In this document: one piece after another, positions 52,537 to 64,000 of the stretch
Layout: each line of letters opens with the position of its first letter
How positions within the stretch are numbered: the stretch's first letter is position 1
DNA from: Haliotis rufescens
Taxonomy: Eukaryota
Direction: 5' to 3'
Assembly: GCF_023055435.1 (NCBI RefSeq)
Contig: NW_025963879.1
Location: forward strand, 1 to 64,000
DNA length: 64,000 nucleotides
Notes under the pieces: generated by a model
Databases searched by the model: none
Seen by the model: the letters and a program-made list of their open reading frames with translations, nothing else
What the model was told of the DNA's origin: nothing
Position numbers and translations under genes: made by a program

Positions 52537-53596
52537 ATGTGTACGTGAAAGTGACACAGATCCCGCTTCAAAGCAAAAAGACGCACGCTTTTTTCAAGTC
52601 AACAAAAGTCACGTGATATTGCACAAAGTTACCCTCAGATCCATCGAACAGCTGTTTTCTAACAATTTTGAATTTGTTTTTATTCTTTTACAATGTCATA
52701 TTAAAACATGTCAGTAAGACAAATGCGTTGTGGCAGTATATCTCGGGGTACATGGCGTTTTTATGCGTCTGGCTCATGACACCTAACGCAGGACGAATAA
52801 AACCACATCTACCCCTCATGATACTGCTACAAATTATATGACACCTTCGGATACATGATGGCGTGAAATCTGAAAATATCCTCACGCATCCTTGATAATA
52901 TATTCATTGCACACTGACGTCAAGGCTTCCTTGCATTTAATGGCTAATACATTGTTTCTTCAATATCCTTGACACTATATGTTATTTTCGTTTGTTTTAT
53001 TTCCAGATTATTTCTTCACTTTGATATTTTAACAACGTGAGACAAATTGTCTGACATGACACTTCTCGTTGCTTGTTGTTTACTGCATTTGTTATTAAGG
53101 GAAGTGTTTGGTTTCCTATTCAGATGGAGTAAAAGATATCGCTACTTACTTTTGTCCTTAAATTGCTTTCAAATGTTCGCTTTGCAGAGTTGCGTTCCGT
53201 GGGAGAACCAGAAAATATGATTATTGGCATGTGTTTTATCATTGCATTTGTTACGAAACATTAAGACCAAATATTATGTTTATATCAATAACATAACATT
53301 TACGCCACTCTCTATGAATCACAGTTACTTTTTTCGCTATTATGTTATATATTTATGTGCAGATGTGTAATGTGTGTTGTTGGTTTTAAGTAATTATTAA
53401 AGTTCCCTATACCGTGATATATTTAACCTCGTTGTATGGTCTATGGTACATAAATTGACATGGTTTAAATGATAAGCAGGAAAGCCATTACTGTGCATTT
53501 AGAAGTTGCATAAGAAATGGATTTTGTTGATGGGACAATAACAATCTAACAATTGATACTTCGTAATTGAAACTGGAGATACTAATGGTGTTACTG

Positions 53597-53851
53597 TGTG
53601 TTTGTTGTTTAACCCCGTACTTAGCAATATTCCAGCTATATGACGACGGTCTGTAAATAATCGAGTCCAGACAATCCAGTGATTGACATCATGAACATTG
53701 ATCCACGAAATTGGGATCGATGACATGCATCAACCAAGTCAGCGAACCTGACCACCCGATCCCGTTAATCGCCTTTTACGACAAGCATAGTCGCCTTTTA
53801 CGGCAAGCATGGGTTGCTGAAGACCTATTCTACCCCGGATCTTCACGGGTC
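53597..53851 (-). mobile_element. Full SINE-M marking the right edge of the tandem array
   Basis: 11-bp TSD TGGTGTTACTG at 53586-53596 and 53852-53862. Confidence 0.88.
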
Positions 53852-54954
53852 TGGTGTTACTGATGCCTATTGTACTATAAATATCATTGAACCACCTTAG
53901 TTAACATTGGTTTGTTGTTTTACGTCGCACTCAGCAATATTCCAGCTATATGACGGCGGTCTGTAAATAATCAAGTCTGGACTAGACAAGTGATTGATAT
54001 CATGAGTATCCTTAGTTTACAAAATGAGGCCTCAGTTAACAAAATGAGTAGGTACAAATACCGCGTGCCTATGTACCTTCGTCAATATGTGCACTGGCAG
54101 AACGATGGGCGTCTCCACTCGCCTGTTTCCGTGACCTACAGCAAGGCTCGTCCCCTTCTCGAAGGCCGCCATGCGTCGACACGCTGCAAGCCAATCAGAA
54201 GGCGCGGCAGGATTGGTACTTCGATCAATATAATCCCAAGTATTTATATTAATTTTTGGAATACGCTTTTGTTTATAAAATGTGGAAAAATATAGATTGT
54301 CAGTTCCACACCACAGTGTATACGGAGAACAGAATTGTGTTATATTAATTGATGTTGTTACTTACTAGGGCCATGTTCGTTGATCGATTCAATATGCACG
54401 TGCGTTTGTTTACATTCAGGAAACGGCTCCCATGACTGCGACATCCGGACATTTGATCCATTACTTGTCTTGGCTTTCCAAAACTACTACATTCAGTGCA
54501 GTATGAATTTTGATGCTATACCAATAGGTTAACAATGTATCAAAGTAAATAAAAATTTCAAAACAAACATACACGGTAAAAGGTAATTCAATAATTTGTT
54601 TTTAAATAGCTAATCACTTTGATATTATGATGTGGACATTTTAGTCTACATGTACTTGAGATATTAACAAATTTGTTTGTGACAGACCAATAGAGTTCAT
54701 ACTTAAAAAAAGCCATAAAAAATATAAGTATATTTCTTACTTTCCATTAAAAGAATATGTAAAATTAGAAAAGTGAACTTTTGAGATGACTGTATTTGCT
54801 CAGGCCATTCATAATTTCCATAGTATTCATGGCCCCTGTCAAATGTACAAAATTAGGGTCAATGTAAGCTCAGTTGAGTTTATTTTGTGTACTAAATGAT
54901 AGCTTTTATTAACTATCTAGAGATATGACTTATGTATACCAGCTAGCACTGACA

Positions 54955-55800
54955 TAAACTGAACGGCAAAAGAAACTTTGCAGCAGATTGATGTGACTGT
55001 AATTAATAAACTAAAAATAAAAAAAGTTTGAGGTAAAGTATATTTAATAAACCAACAATTCCACAAAGTATTGAACAACTCAAACTTGACATTTTGTTGT
55101 TAAATATTGTACACAAGACAAACAGTGGGAGTTGAAAATTCAGTCGTCCAGATTTTCACTGCAATTCATTCAAACACGGAAATTGTCACAGACACAAAAA
55201 ATGTCACTTTAATACCGAATGTGGCCACCCCGTGCCTCCATACATACAAAGACTCAAAAGTCTGATCAGGTCACGTGGCAAGCGGTTCCATTCATCTTGT
55301 AGCGCTTGTATCAACTCTTGTCTGTCGGCGGGAGGGTGTGGTCGGACTCTAACTCGCCTGTCCAAGACGTCCCAGAGGTGTTCTATGTGTGATAGGTCAG
55401 GAGAACATGCCGGCCACGGTAAGACGTTGACGTTGTTGTTGGCAAGGACGTCAACTACGATACGAGCTGTGTGGGACCTGGCGTTGTGGTGTTGGTACAG
55501 AACACCTCGGGGTTGTTGCTAGAGGTAGGGCAGCACTACTGGACGTAGGATGTCATCTCTAAAGTGCTGCGCATTGAGTTTTCCATTGATGGCGACGTGT
55601 GGCGTTGTCTGGTCTGCACAAATTCCACCCCAAACTTTAACGCCACCTCCACCGAACGACTTCTTGAACGCAGCTAGCAGCTGTCCGTTCACTTCTGCGA
55701 CGGTAAAAACGTTGTCTGTCATAAACTGTATACTAACATAACATGTTTTCGTCCGTAAAGACCACCGGATGCCAATCCCGACGCTGCCACCGTCGCACTG
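54955..55800 (-). mobile_element. Partial Tc1 element
   Basis: TIR-like AACTGAACGGCAAAAGAAAC at ~54957. Minus-strand GGGGVKVWGGI..LNAQHFRDDILRPVV, then WPACSPDLSHIEHLW. Confidence 0.75.
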
Positions 55801-56909
55801 TATTATTTTCTATAGGTCCATGTATATGTTACATGGAAAATTGCTTGTTTGTTTAGGTGGACCTGAAAGTGACAACATCACCCCTGCATAGGTATGTAAA
55901 TAACTAAAGCTAAGATGGCCAGTTCAAGTGATCTCACAAGTGTGTCATTGACACAGGAGGATGACCCTGAGGAAGAGACGATGGAGCTCATCACCTCAGA
56001 AGATATTTCGCTGACCGCAAACCCGATTGTGTTTACCGTTTCATCTAACACAGCATAAGTAAATGAGCCGAGTTTCATGACCCAGTTTAATCCATAACTA
56101 ACTTTAAAATATAACATGAGTAAAACACCCGAAGCCAACATTAAGTATTACCTGTATCGCAGAGATGTCTGACTCCATTCTATTTTTAAATGACTCAAAA
56201 TATAACAAAAGACTAGCCACTGTTTAAAAAGTTATTATTTGTAGGTATTTGTATTTCTAGCAAGGGCCAAAATATCATTAAATCCTACATGGACACCAAT
56301 GTGAAAGACGAAAAGACGATGTGATATTATGTAGAACGAAAATAAAGCTTTTAATGAAATAATGTGACTACAAGCTTACGGCATCATTATAATCTCAATA
56401 ATATGATTAGTTAAACTTTCATGATTTAACAAGACACAAAGCCATGCCTAATAGAAATTAATTTTATTTACTCTTTGGAAGTAAGATACACATTCAGGAT
56501 ATAAAGAAACAATCTTGTCTTTGAGTTTAAATCACGTCTTATATGTATCTGAAAATAATTATCACTGCTGTATATTTTAAGTAGATGCATGTGATTAGAT
56601 ACACATACATTATTACTACTACATGCATCGATAATAGTGTCACACCAAGTTGAACCCTTTCATTTACTATTCATTGTCACTGGTATATTAGTTCCAAACC
56701 CGATGGCAATATGACCTTATTCATAATGATATGATCATAGTAAATTCGTTATGGCTGTAACGATACACTCCCTTGTGATAAGACACATCTCCCGATAGGT
56801 AAGTTGCAATTGTTTGTTATTTACGAAAAATACGCATCTCTGCACAGCGAATCGCGGCGCCTTAGACGACTTGGACACCTGTGCCCCGTAATCATAAAGA
56901 GAAACGTAC

Positions 56910-57980
56910 ATGCCAAAGTTCAGCTTCCTCGGTGTGGACAAATATCCTGGAAATGTAACCACATGTGGTGCTTCAGGAGAAGGCAAAACAACAGCAGCTC
57001 TAGTGCTCGGTTCACAGTATAGAAAAAGGGGGTACAAACTTGCACTGGTGGACAGAGCTGAACAGTTTGTTTTGGACAGCTTCTTCAGTTCACGAGTTGC
57101 ATTTAAATAGGTATTTGATTTATTACTTGCCGTCTAAAACCTTTATTTTTAGAATTTCAATGTCGTGTGTGAATATAGGAAGATATCTTCGCGATCCACG
57201 TCACAGTAGAATCCAATTGAGTTTAACAAAACAATACTTCAAACATGTCAAAAGTTGACACGTATTAATTTAATACCATGCACCGTCCACCTTAAGAATT
57301 CAGGGTTCCTTTCCAAAAAAATATCATAGGGCTAAGGTTATCAATAACTCCCCAATACCTGGACGTACAAGTTTTAAACGGCAAGTAATAAGTAAAATAC
57401 TAAACTCGCTTTCGCTCTTCAGAAACCAGAACTATTCAAAAGTTGCATCAAATTGGTATTACAAGGGAGCTCGTTTAGCATAGTATGACATCAGTCCAAC
57501 ATTTGTGCTGACTCATTGCAGTGACAATTTTATATTTGACCGAGTGCAACCGCAACCAGTGGAGGAAAGCAAAATTGGTTATCATCTCCACCTGATCTAT
57601 GTCTCTGAAGTATATTACGATTTCCAAACAACTCGAATTGCAGAACAAATAAAGCAAGGGCAGTTTTCGGAATCAGTGACACACCCAATCCTCCGACAAG
57701 AAAAGGTAGCGCTTCAATTGCTAGAAAAACTGAAACCTGACGGATCGATAGATGGCTGTTGGTTGCACAAGACAGATACGGTGGGTTGTTTTCTGTTCTG
57801 GGCTGTTTGTTCAAGAAATATAAAATGTAACTGGAGAAGAATTTACTCAAACAGAGATCAGTGAAGCCATGCCAGATTGCTTGCTTTACTACTGATGAAG
57901 ACAAGAGAAACATCATACATATAGCATGCATGCATGGACACAAGAAAACATTAACGGTACTAAAAAACATAACAGCAAAC
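56910..57980 (+). pseudogene. Decayed P-loop (STAND-like) NTPase plus ankyrin-repeat gene
   Basis: Walker A GASGEGKTT at 56967-56993 followed by YRKRGY. Ankyrin-like DEDKRNIIHIACMHGHKKTLTVL at 57894-57962. Stops and frameshifts lie between them. Confidence 0.55.
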
Positions 57981-58052
57981 TATTTAAAGATGAGGTGAGC
58001 TGAGGTGAAATTGGGTTTAACGTCGCGTCCAAAATTTATGCACTTATAATAN

Positions 58053-58243
58053 NNNNNNNNNNNNNNNNNNNNNNNNNNNNNNNNNNNNNNNNNNNNNNNN
58101 NNNNNNNNNNNNNNNNNNNNNNNNNNNNNNNNNNNNNNNNNNNNNNNNNNNNNNNNNNNNNNNNNNNNNNNNNNNNNNNNNNNNNNNNNNNNNNNNNNNN
58201 NNNNNNNNNNNNNNNNNNNNNNNNNNNNNNNNNNNNNNNNNNN
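58053..58243. other. Assembly gap
   Basis: N run. Confidence 1.
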
Positions 58244-58447
58244 ATGCCGCAGTTTAACATGAATACCCCACTCAGACACAGTATACTGACTCCGAGCCGA
58301 CCAGTCCTTGTTTTAGCACCTTAATGCCGAGTGCCAGACAGGGTAACAACAAGTACCATCTTTAAACGTCTTTTGGTATGACGCGGCCAAGGATCGAACT
58401 CCGGACCATCCGCTCTCCGGGCAGACCACTAGACCACGGAAGCGGTC
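58244..58447 (-). mobile_element. tRNA-derived SINE family C (related copy at ~7960-8175)
   Basis: Minus strand reads GTGGTCTAGTGG..GAGTTCGATCC..GTCATACCAAAAGAC..GGTACTTG. Abuts the assembly gap. Confidence 0.75.
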
Positions 58448-59083
58448 ATTTAATGATGATGTGAAGCAAGTTGTAATGAACTCGATAACGAAGGAATGAC
58501 TCCACCTATGATTGCAGCATACACAGGATCTCAGTGATAACACAGTGCTATCAGCTATTGCACACAATATCAAACAAGAAAGCGTGAATACTGCTGCGGG
58601 TGGCATTAAACAACAAACAAACCAAACAAATACACATATTTGGATCAATTTACACGGTATATGAATAGTCTTATAAAACACCCCTTGGGACAATACAGTC
58701 TAATCAACTAATGGTATCAGCGTTGAAAATCAGGACAATCCATGTAAATACGTTCTAATAGTAATTGAGACTTACACATTAAAACCAGTTGCATTACCTA
58801 GTTTATTGATAGTTAATTATGTTTACATTCCATTTCCCCCTTTTGTACAGGTAATCGTTTCAAAATCAAAAATGGATAGTGGAGTGCGTTAAGTGGGTTC
58901 TTTAATATATGGGACAATGACTGCCACCGACCAACCTCACAATAGTATATATATTCAATATAGGAGTTCGTCCTTCCATGGATAAGCTTTGTGCACATCT
59001 CCAAGAAACGGTCCACAATGCAAGGTGTGGTTAGGTAATACTGCGTGTAATTTTGAGTGATACAGACGGAGGTTGTGTTGAAA

Positions 59084-60295
59084 ATGAGCTGCATTACACT
59101 CGCATTCCTTATGGCTACATCTCTTGTGTCACTCAGTGCTACTGATGTTGAAGCTGACCGGAGGCAGAGTCTGAAGACCCTAAAGTCTCATCTTGAGACT
59201 CTTTTAGATCCAGAATTACCACCGATAAATCCACATTCGAGTGCTATTGACGTAGCTATTACAATCGGGCCAGTGCAGGTTCATGATTTGGTTGATACAA
59301 CCCAAGTTCTCACACTGGGAGCCAATGTGATAATGCATTGGAAAGATATGGCTCTAGTTTGGAATACATCTGACTATTCGGACATCAGTAAAATAGAGAT
59401 ATCTCCAGACAAGGTATGGCAGCCTAATGTGGTTTTGGCGAACAAGGCTTTTGATGACGGTCCCTTACGGACCACAATGCCCATTCAGTTGACAAGTGAC
59501 GGCTCACTGTCTTGGCACAATGTCATGACGATTTCAGTGATATGCAAGACCTTCCTCTCAAGATATCCATTTGATAGCCAGATTTGTCCAATGACATTTA
59601 CCCCAGGAATGGGATATGACATAATCCTGCATCCATTCGTCAATTTTTTAACTCATGGTTTGAAGGTAGACACTAATGGAGAGTGGGAGACTGTCAACGT
59701 TACGTCCTCAACATCAACCTTTGCCAATGGAGGTACATTCCAGGGTGCAATATTCTACGTTCATCTGTCCAGAAAATACTTATTCCACATCTTGAACCTG
59801 GTTTTCCCAATGTGCCTACTGTCTTTCCTGAACAGCTTCGTTTTCCTTCTGCCTGCTAGCTCGGGGGAGAAGATGGGCTTTCTCATGGCTGTGTTTGTGT
59901 CAAACGCACTGTTCCTCAATCTGATCCACGATTCCATGCCGTCAACGTCTGATACAGTTTCTAACCTCTCTCTCTACCTCGTCGCAATCCAAATCGAAGG
60001 TTTTCTCGCCGTCGCTGCCACCATCTTGGTACAGAACGTTTACCACTGCCAGATGAACAGGAAGGAGAGCGGTGCAAAGATAACACAGGTTGTGCCTCAG
60101 GATTGCCTCCAGAATGCCATGGCTAGACCTATCACTGCTGAGACCCCTACCGTGCATACGGATCGCAAACATGGGGAGACAATGAATTACTCAAAAAAGA
60201 GAATCCCTTCACTGGACAGAAAGCTGGATTGTGTTTTCTTTGTATGTTTCACTGTTTTCGCCATTGTGGGCTTATTGTGTCTCATTTTTGGATAA
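59084..60295 (+). CDS. Intronless nAChR-like Cys-loop subunit copy B5 (most divergent B copy)
   Basis: Intact ORF. Differs from B1-B4 mainly in extracellular loops and at the M2 20' position. Confidence 0.93.
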   Translation: MSCITLAFLMATSLVSLSATDVEADRRQSLKTLKSHLETLLDPELPPINPHSSAIDVAITIGPVQVHDLVDTTQVLTLGANVIMHWKDMALVWNTSDYSDISKIEISPDKVWQPNVVLANKAFDDGPLRTTMPIQLTSDGSLSWHNVMTISVICKTFLSRYPFDSQICPMTFTPGMGYDIILHPFVNFLTHGLKVDTNGEWETVNVTSSTSTFANGGTFQGAIFYVHLSRKYLFHILNLVFPMCLLSFLNSFVFLLPASSGEKMGFLMAVFVSNALFLNLIHDSMPSTSDTVSNLSLYLVAIQIEGFLAVAATILVQNVYHCQMNRKESGAKITQVVPQDCLQNAMARPITAETPTVHTDRKHGETMNYSKKRIPSLDRKLDCVFFVCFTVFAIVGLLCLIFG

Positions 60296-60345
60296 ATGTG
60301 TACGTGAAAGTGACACAGATCCCGCTTCAAAGCAAAAAGACGCAC

Positions 60346-63300
60346 TGTTACGACGTAAATTGTAATAAAAAGGTAAATTGTAATACTTGCAGCAAATTGT
60401 AATAATTTTGACGTAAATTGTAATAACAACGTTAATTGTAATAATATTTGACGTAAATTGTAATACGCAAATTGTAATAAAAATTGACGTAAATTGTAAT
60501 AATCTCTACTTGCGGTAAAATGTAATAAATTCTTACGTAAATTGTAAAAACCTTTCTACCGTAGTGTCCAAGACGCCAATTGACTAGAAATGATCTTTGT
60601 CAGTTGAGCTTGCGTTTCACATGTACAATTCGAGAAATACTGTGTATGATGACAACCGTACAAAACTGTTAAGTTAGGGATGGTTGGTATAGGCTTTATC
60701 GTACAATCGTCATTAAAGGGTGGTGTCTACATCGATAAATTTAAATGACTGAAAGGTCCATCCACGGGTTCAAAACGATGGGTTATACAACCGTATATTC
60801 GACAAATAACTTAATTGTGACATATTGGTCAATACTCTTATAAGGCTATTCAAGATGTTTTTTGCATGACTTGCTTCAACAGTACGTTGACCAGTTCGAC
60901 ACGACTGAACGAGTGATGACGAAGGGTACAAAAACAGGCTGATCAACCAGTGTGTCGATTTGCAGTAGAAATGCTATACAAGTTGATAAGGAGTACATGA
61001 TCATTTTCTTGAAACAAACGAGGGAATTTAATCATATTTATACAATTCATTTTATTTTGACGAAGAATTCAAATACAACAAATGAGTTGACAGATCCCGT
61101 GCATACACAAATAACATCCGGTATCTTCGGATAACTCTTGTACAGTTTCAAAGAGTATACGAATTATCATAAATTTCTTGCAATCAATTGCTGAAATATA
61201 TCTGCTTGTATCCAAATAGAAAGGAATTGAAAATTTTATAATGAAAATATGTTTGTCACTAAAGTAAATTTTCTCTTTGACCTTGAAACGTACTTGAAGA
61301 TCATTAAACTCGACAGTCGTTGGTGGATTGCGCCAAGAAACATTGATACGAAATATATACATACAATAATCCCCTGAAAACATAACCTCCTCTGAAAGAT
61401 TAAGAGGATTAAAGTAATTTGGGCTAACATCAAGCACTGTAATAACATACCCTCTTAAAATTCCAATAAAATGACTGGTGACTTACCAAAAAGTCAAATC
61501 CGATTTTTTTTTTACCTAGTTCTAATTGCCTACCCTTATCACTGAAATTGAGGTAAAACTTCTAAATTTGAGACTGCAATATATGTCTTCAGAGGGTATT
61601 TCATACACTATGTAACAACTGTTTTACCCCATTTCAAATTTGGTTTCATGCTGAATCGCTCTTTTCAACTACTGCTAACACACTTTAAATGCAAGGAAAG
61701 CATCCCAAACATATATTTTTATATATAAATACATTGTGTTGATAACCACGTACTTAACCTACAGAAATAACATTCCAGTGAGTTTAAATATATATACAAC
61801 AATGTTCGATATATCAAGTTTCAAGTTCTCACACCCCCCACTAAGTCATATTTAATGACGATTGTACGATAAATGCTATATTCGTACCGAAAAATTATAT
61901 ATATCGAGCTATATTCGTACCGTAAAATTATATATATAATTGTTCGGTACGAATATAGCTCGAGATACTTTTGTCATGCAGTGAGAAAACATGCATGTTT
62001 GACACACACAGTTATTATATTTGTGAACAGTAATCCTTATACAACTATTGATATGTAAAGGGACCTTGAATAGTAAACTTTGATATATACATCTTTACTT
62101 TATCCGTTACTTGTTGGGGACATGTCAAGTCAGTTGAATGTTTGCTTTTATGTGTTCACCAGTGCAAATTGCTTTTCTTTCTGATTATTATACCAATGAC
62201 ATAGAGCTCATATTTACTGTCATTACATANNNNNNNNNNNNNNNNNNNNNNNNNNNNNNNNNNNNNNNNNNNNNNNNNNNNNNNNNNNNNNNNNNNNNNN
62301 NNNNNNNNNNNNNNNNNNNNNNNNNNNNNNNNNNNNNNNNNNNNNNNNNNNNNNNNNNNNNNNNNNNNNNNNNNNNNNNNTTTTGTCCCTATATATGTCA
62401 CAAATTAGTGATAACTTATGAAAAACGTAATTATCTGTTTCGAAAATTATGAACCGCATTATACGTGAGGTACCAAATTTGGTATCAAGGTTGCTTGGCG
62501 CAATCCACCAACGATTGCCGAGTTTAATGATTTTAGAATACTCTTCGTATAAGGTCAAAGAGAATATTTACGTTTTCATTATAGATTTTCCATCCTTTCA
62601 ATTTTGATAAAAACAGATATATTTCAGCAATAATTGATTGCAACAAATTTATTATACATTCTGATGCTCTTTGAAACTCAACAAGACATGCCCGAAGATA
62701 CCGGATATTATTGTGTATGCTTTGAATTATGATTTCTTGCCGTTATCATGAGGGATTCTGTTTTTGTTGTTGGGGCAAGGAGTTATTATCCCAGCAAAAG
62801 TTGTCAGTAAGTTGTTGTTAGTTCTACATGACATATGAAAGGAATCCAGACAGTTACATTTATTCATTTATTTCATTAAATATACTTCTTCCTATGAAAG
62901 GAAATATTTTATGTTATATTAATGATCCATATGTTAATCATACATTGCTACAAATATTGCAAAAGTTAACATGGTTTGCATTTATTTATTATTATTTCTT
63001 TATCTGTGAGAAGTTCACATAGATCGAGAATACACAATATCTAATAGTATATGCAATGTAGGTAAAGAATATCCACGCCCCTCTTTTGATATTAATAAAA
63101 ACATTGTATATAATGTTATGTATTAAGTATTCTCCTTTCCCATGCATGGGGAATCTATGCTGCATTTGCTGACGACTGTTTTTTTCCCTTTGATATTGCA
63201 CAGGAGATCTGTCACTCATTTGTTGTATTTTTTTAATTCTTCGTCAAAATATAATGTATAAATACGATTGAATTGTCTCGTTTGTTTCAAGGAAACGGTC

Positions 63301-63800
63301 ATGTGCTCCTTATCAAATTAAGTAAACCTCCAATGCAAATCGACATAATTTCAGGGTCCGGTTGCACAGAGCTCTCTTCGGTAACTCGTAACTCAATGTT
63401 ATTGCAATGGACTCCTAGCTAAGCTACTATTGGATGATAAATCAATTAACCTATTTGTCGAATAGACGTACCTAATGTTATCCATCATTTTTAACCCGAG
63501 GATGGATCTTTCAGTCATAAATTTCGATGTGTACAGTTGTTAGAGTATCATTCTAACAATACAGACATGACACAAGCTGCACGTAAAATAATTGATAAAG
63601 GTAGTCCTTGCGGGTTCACATACCTACATGTACATCGCCCAGGACATTGTCATTATTTGCTTTACATCCTCCGAGCAACGTTAAAAAATTGAAACTTTAT
63701 TCAAGTTTAAATAAATTGATATTATGTATATGAACATGTATAAATCAGCTTGCACACAGACTACTGCAGAATGACATGTCAATCATTTGCTAGTTTAGTT
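60346..63800. mobile_element. Putative foldback-like element(s) with tandem terminal motifs
   Basis: ~9 copies of GTAAATTGTAATA at 60350-60550. Region 60570-61260 is a diverged inverted match of 62560-63800. Confidence 0.5.
62230..62380. other. Assembly gap
   Basis: N run. Confidence 1.
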
Positions 63801-64000
63801 TAGTTTAAACATATTTTATTCACAGAACAAAATGAGAATTGTATTGGGGACAAGTTCTTGCAACTTAGTAGCCCCTCTCCGCATAAAATATGTACAAATA
63901 TACAGTTGCAAAATAAATAAATTTGCTTCAGTCAGTAAATGTCAGACTTTCCACATTTACACATCAATATATTTGTGTAAGTTTGTTACGTCATAATTAT

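Larger units (their letters stand above)
18720..53850 (+). repeat. Tandem segmental duplication, four units of ~8.3-9.5 kb
   Basis: Same order in each unit: SINE, flank, SINE pair, Tc1, receptor gene, 3' flank. ATG spacings are 8922, 8281 and 9547 bp. Junctions near 26970, 35890 and 44170. Confidence 0.92.

Noticed and set aside
18720-53850. Tandem units as pure assembly artefact (uncollapsed haplotypes)
   Set aside because: Four distinguishable units with unit-specific indels and mechanistically coherent junctions exceed two haplotypes. The exact copy number still needs read-depth confirmation.
55915-56058. Short acidic ORF MASSSDLTSVSLTQEDDPEEE.. as an exon
   Set aside because: No recognisable motif or splice support. 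It might belong to the NTPase-ankyrin relic, but this cannot be supported.
10717-60295. Assigning a CHRNA/CHRNB symbol or calling these true chemotactile receptor orthologues
   Set aside because: Too divergent. Orthology needs a phylogeny that I cannot run.

Overview
Eukaryotic, AT-rich, repeat-dense animal DNA. The SINE tails, Tc1 families and NTPase-ankyrin relic look molluscan, possibly gastropod/abalone; this is inference and was not verified. The main feature is a head-to-tail cluster of seven + strand genes with intronless coding regions, encoding divergent nicotinic-acetylcholine-receptor-like (Cys-loop) channel subunits. Two are older paralogues (10.7 and 17.3 kb). Five are near-identical young copies (24.6, 33.5, 41.8, 51.3, 59.1 kb), the first of which is frameshifted. 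All keep the Cys-loop, four TM helices and the cation-type GEK motif. They lack the loop-C vicinal cysteines and most of the aromatic ACh-binding box, which resembles cephalopod chemotactile receptors and suggests a candidate chemosensory receptor array. Four young copies sit in 8.3-9.5 kb tandem units whose junctions are chimeric SINEs (non-allelic recombination), and each unit carries the same dead Tc1 element. Other content: several SINE families, MITEs, a frameshifted herpes-tegument-like (VTD/peptidase C76) deubiquitinase relic, a decayed P-loop NTPase-ankyrin gene, a foldback-like element and two assembly gaps.
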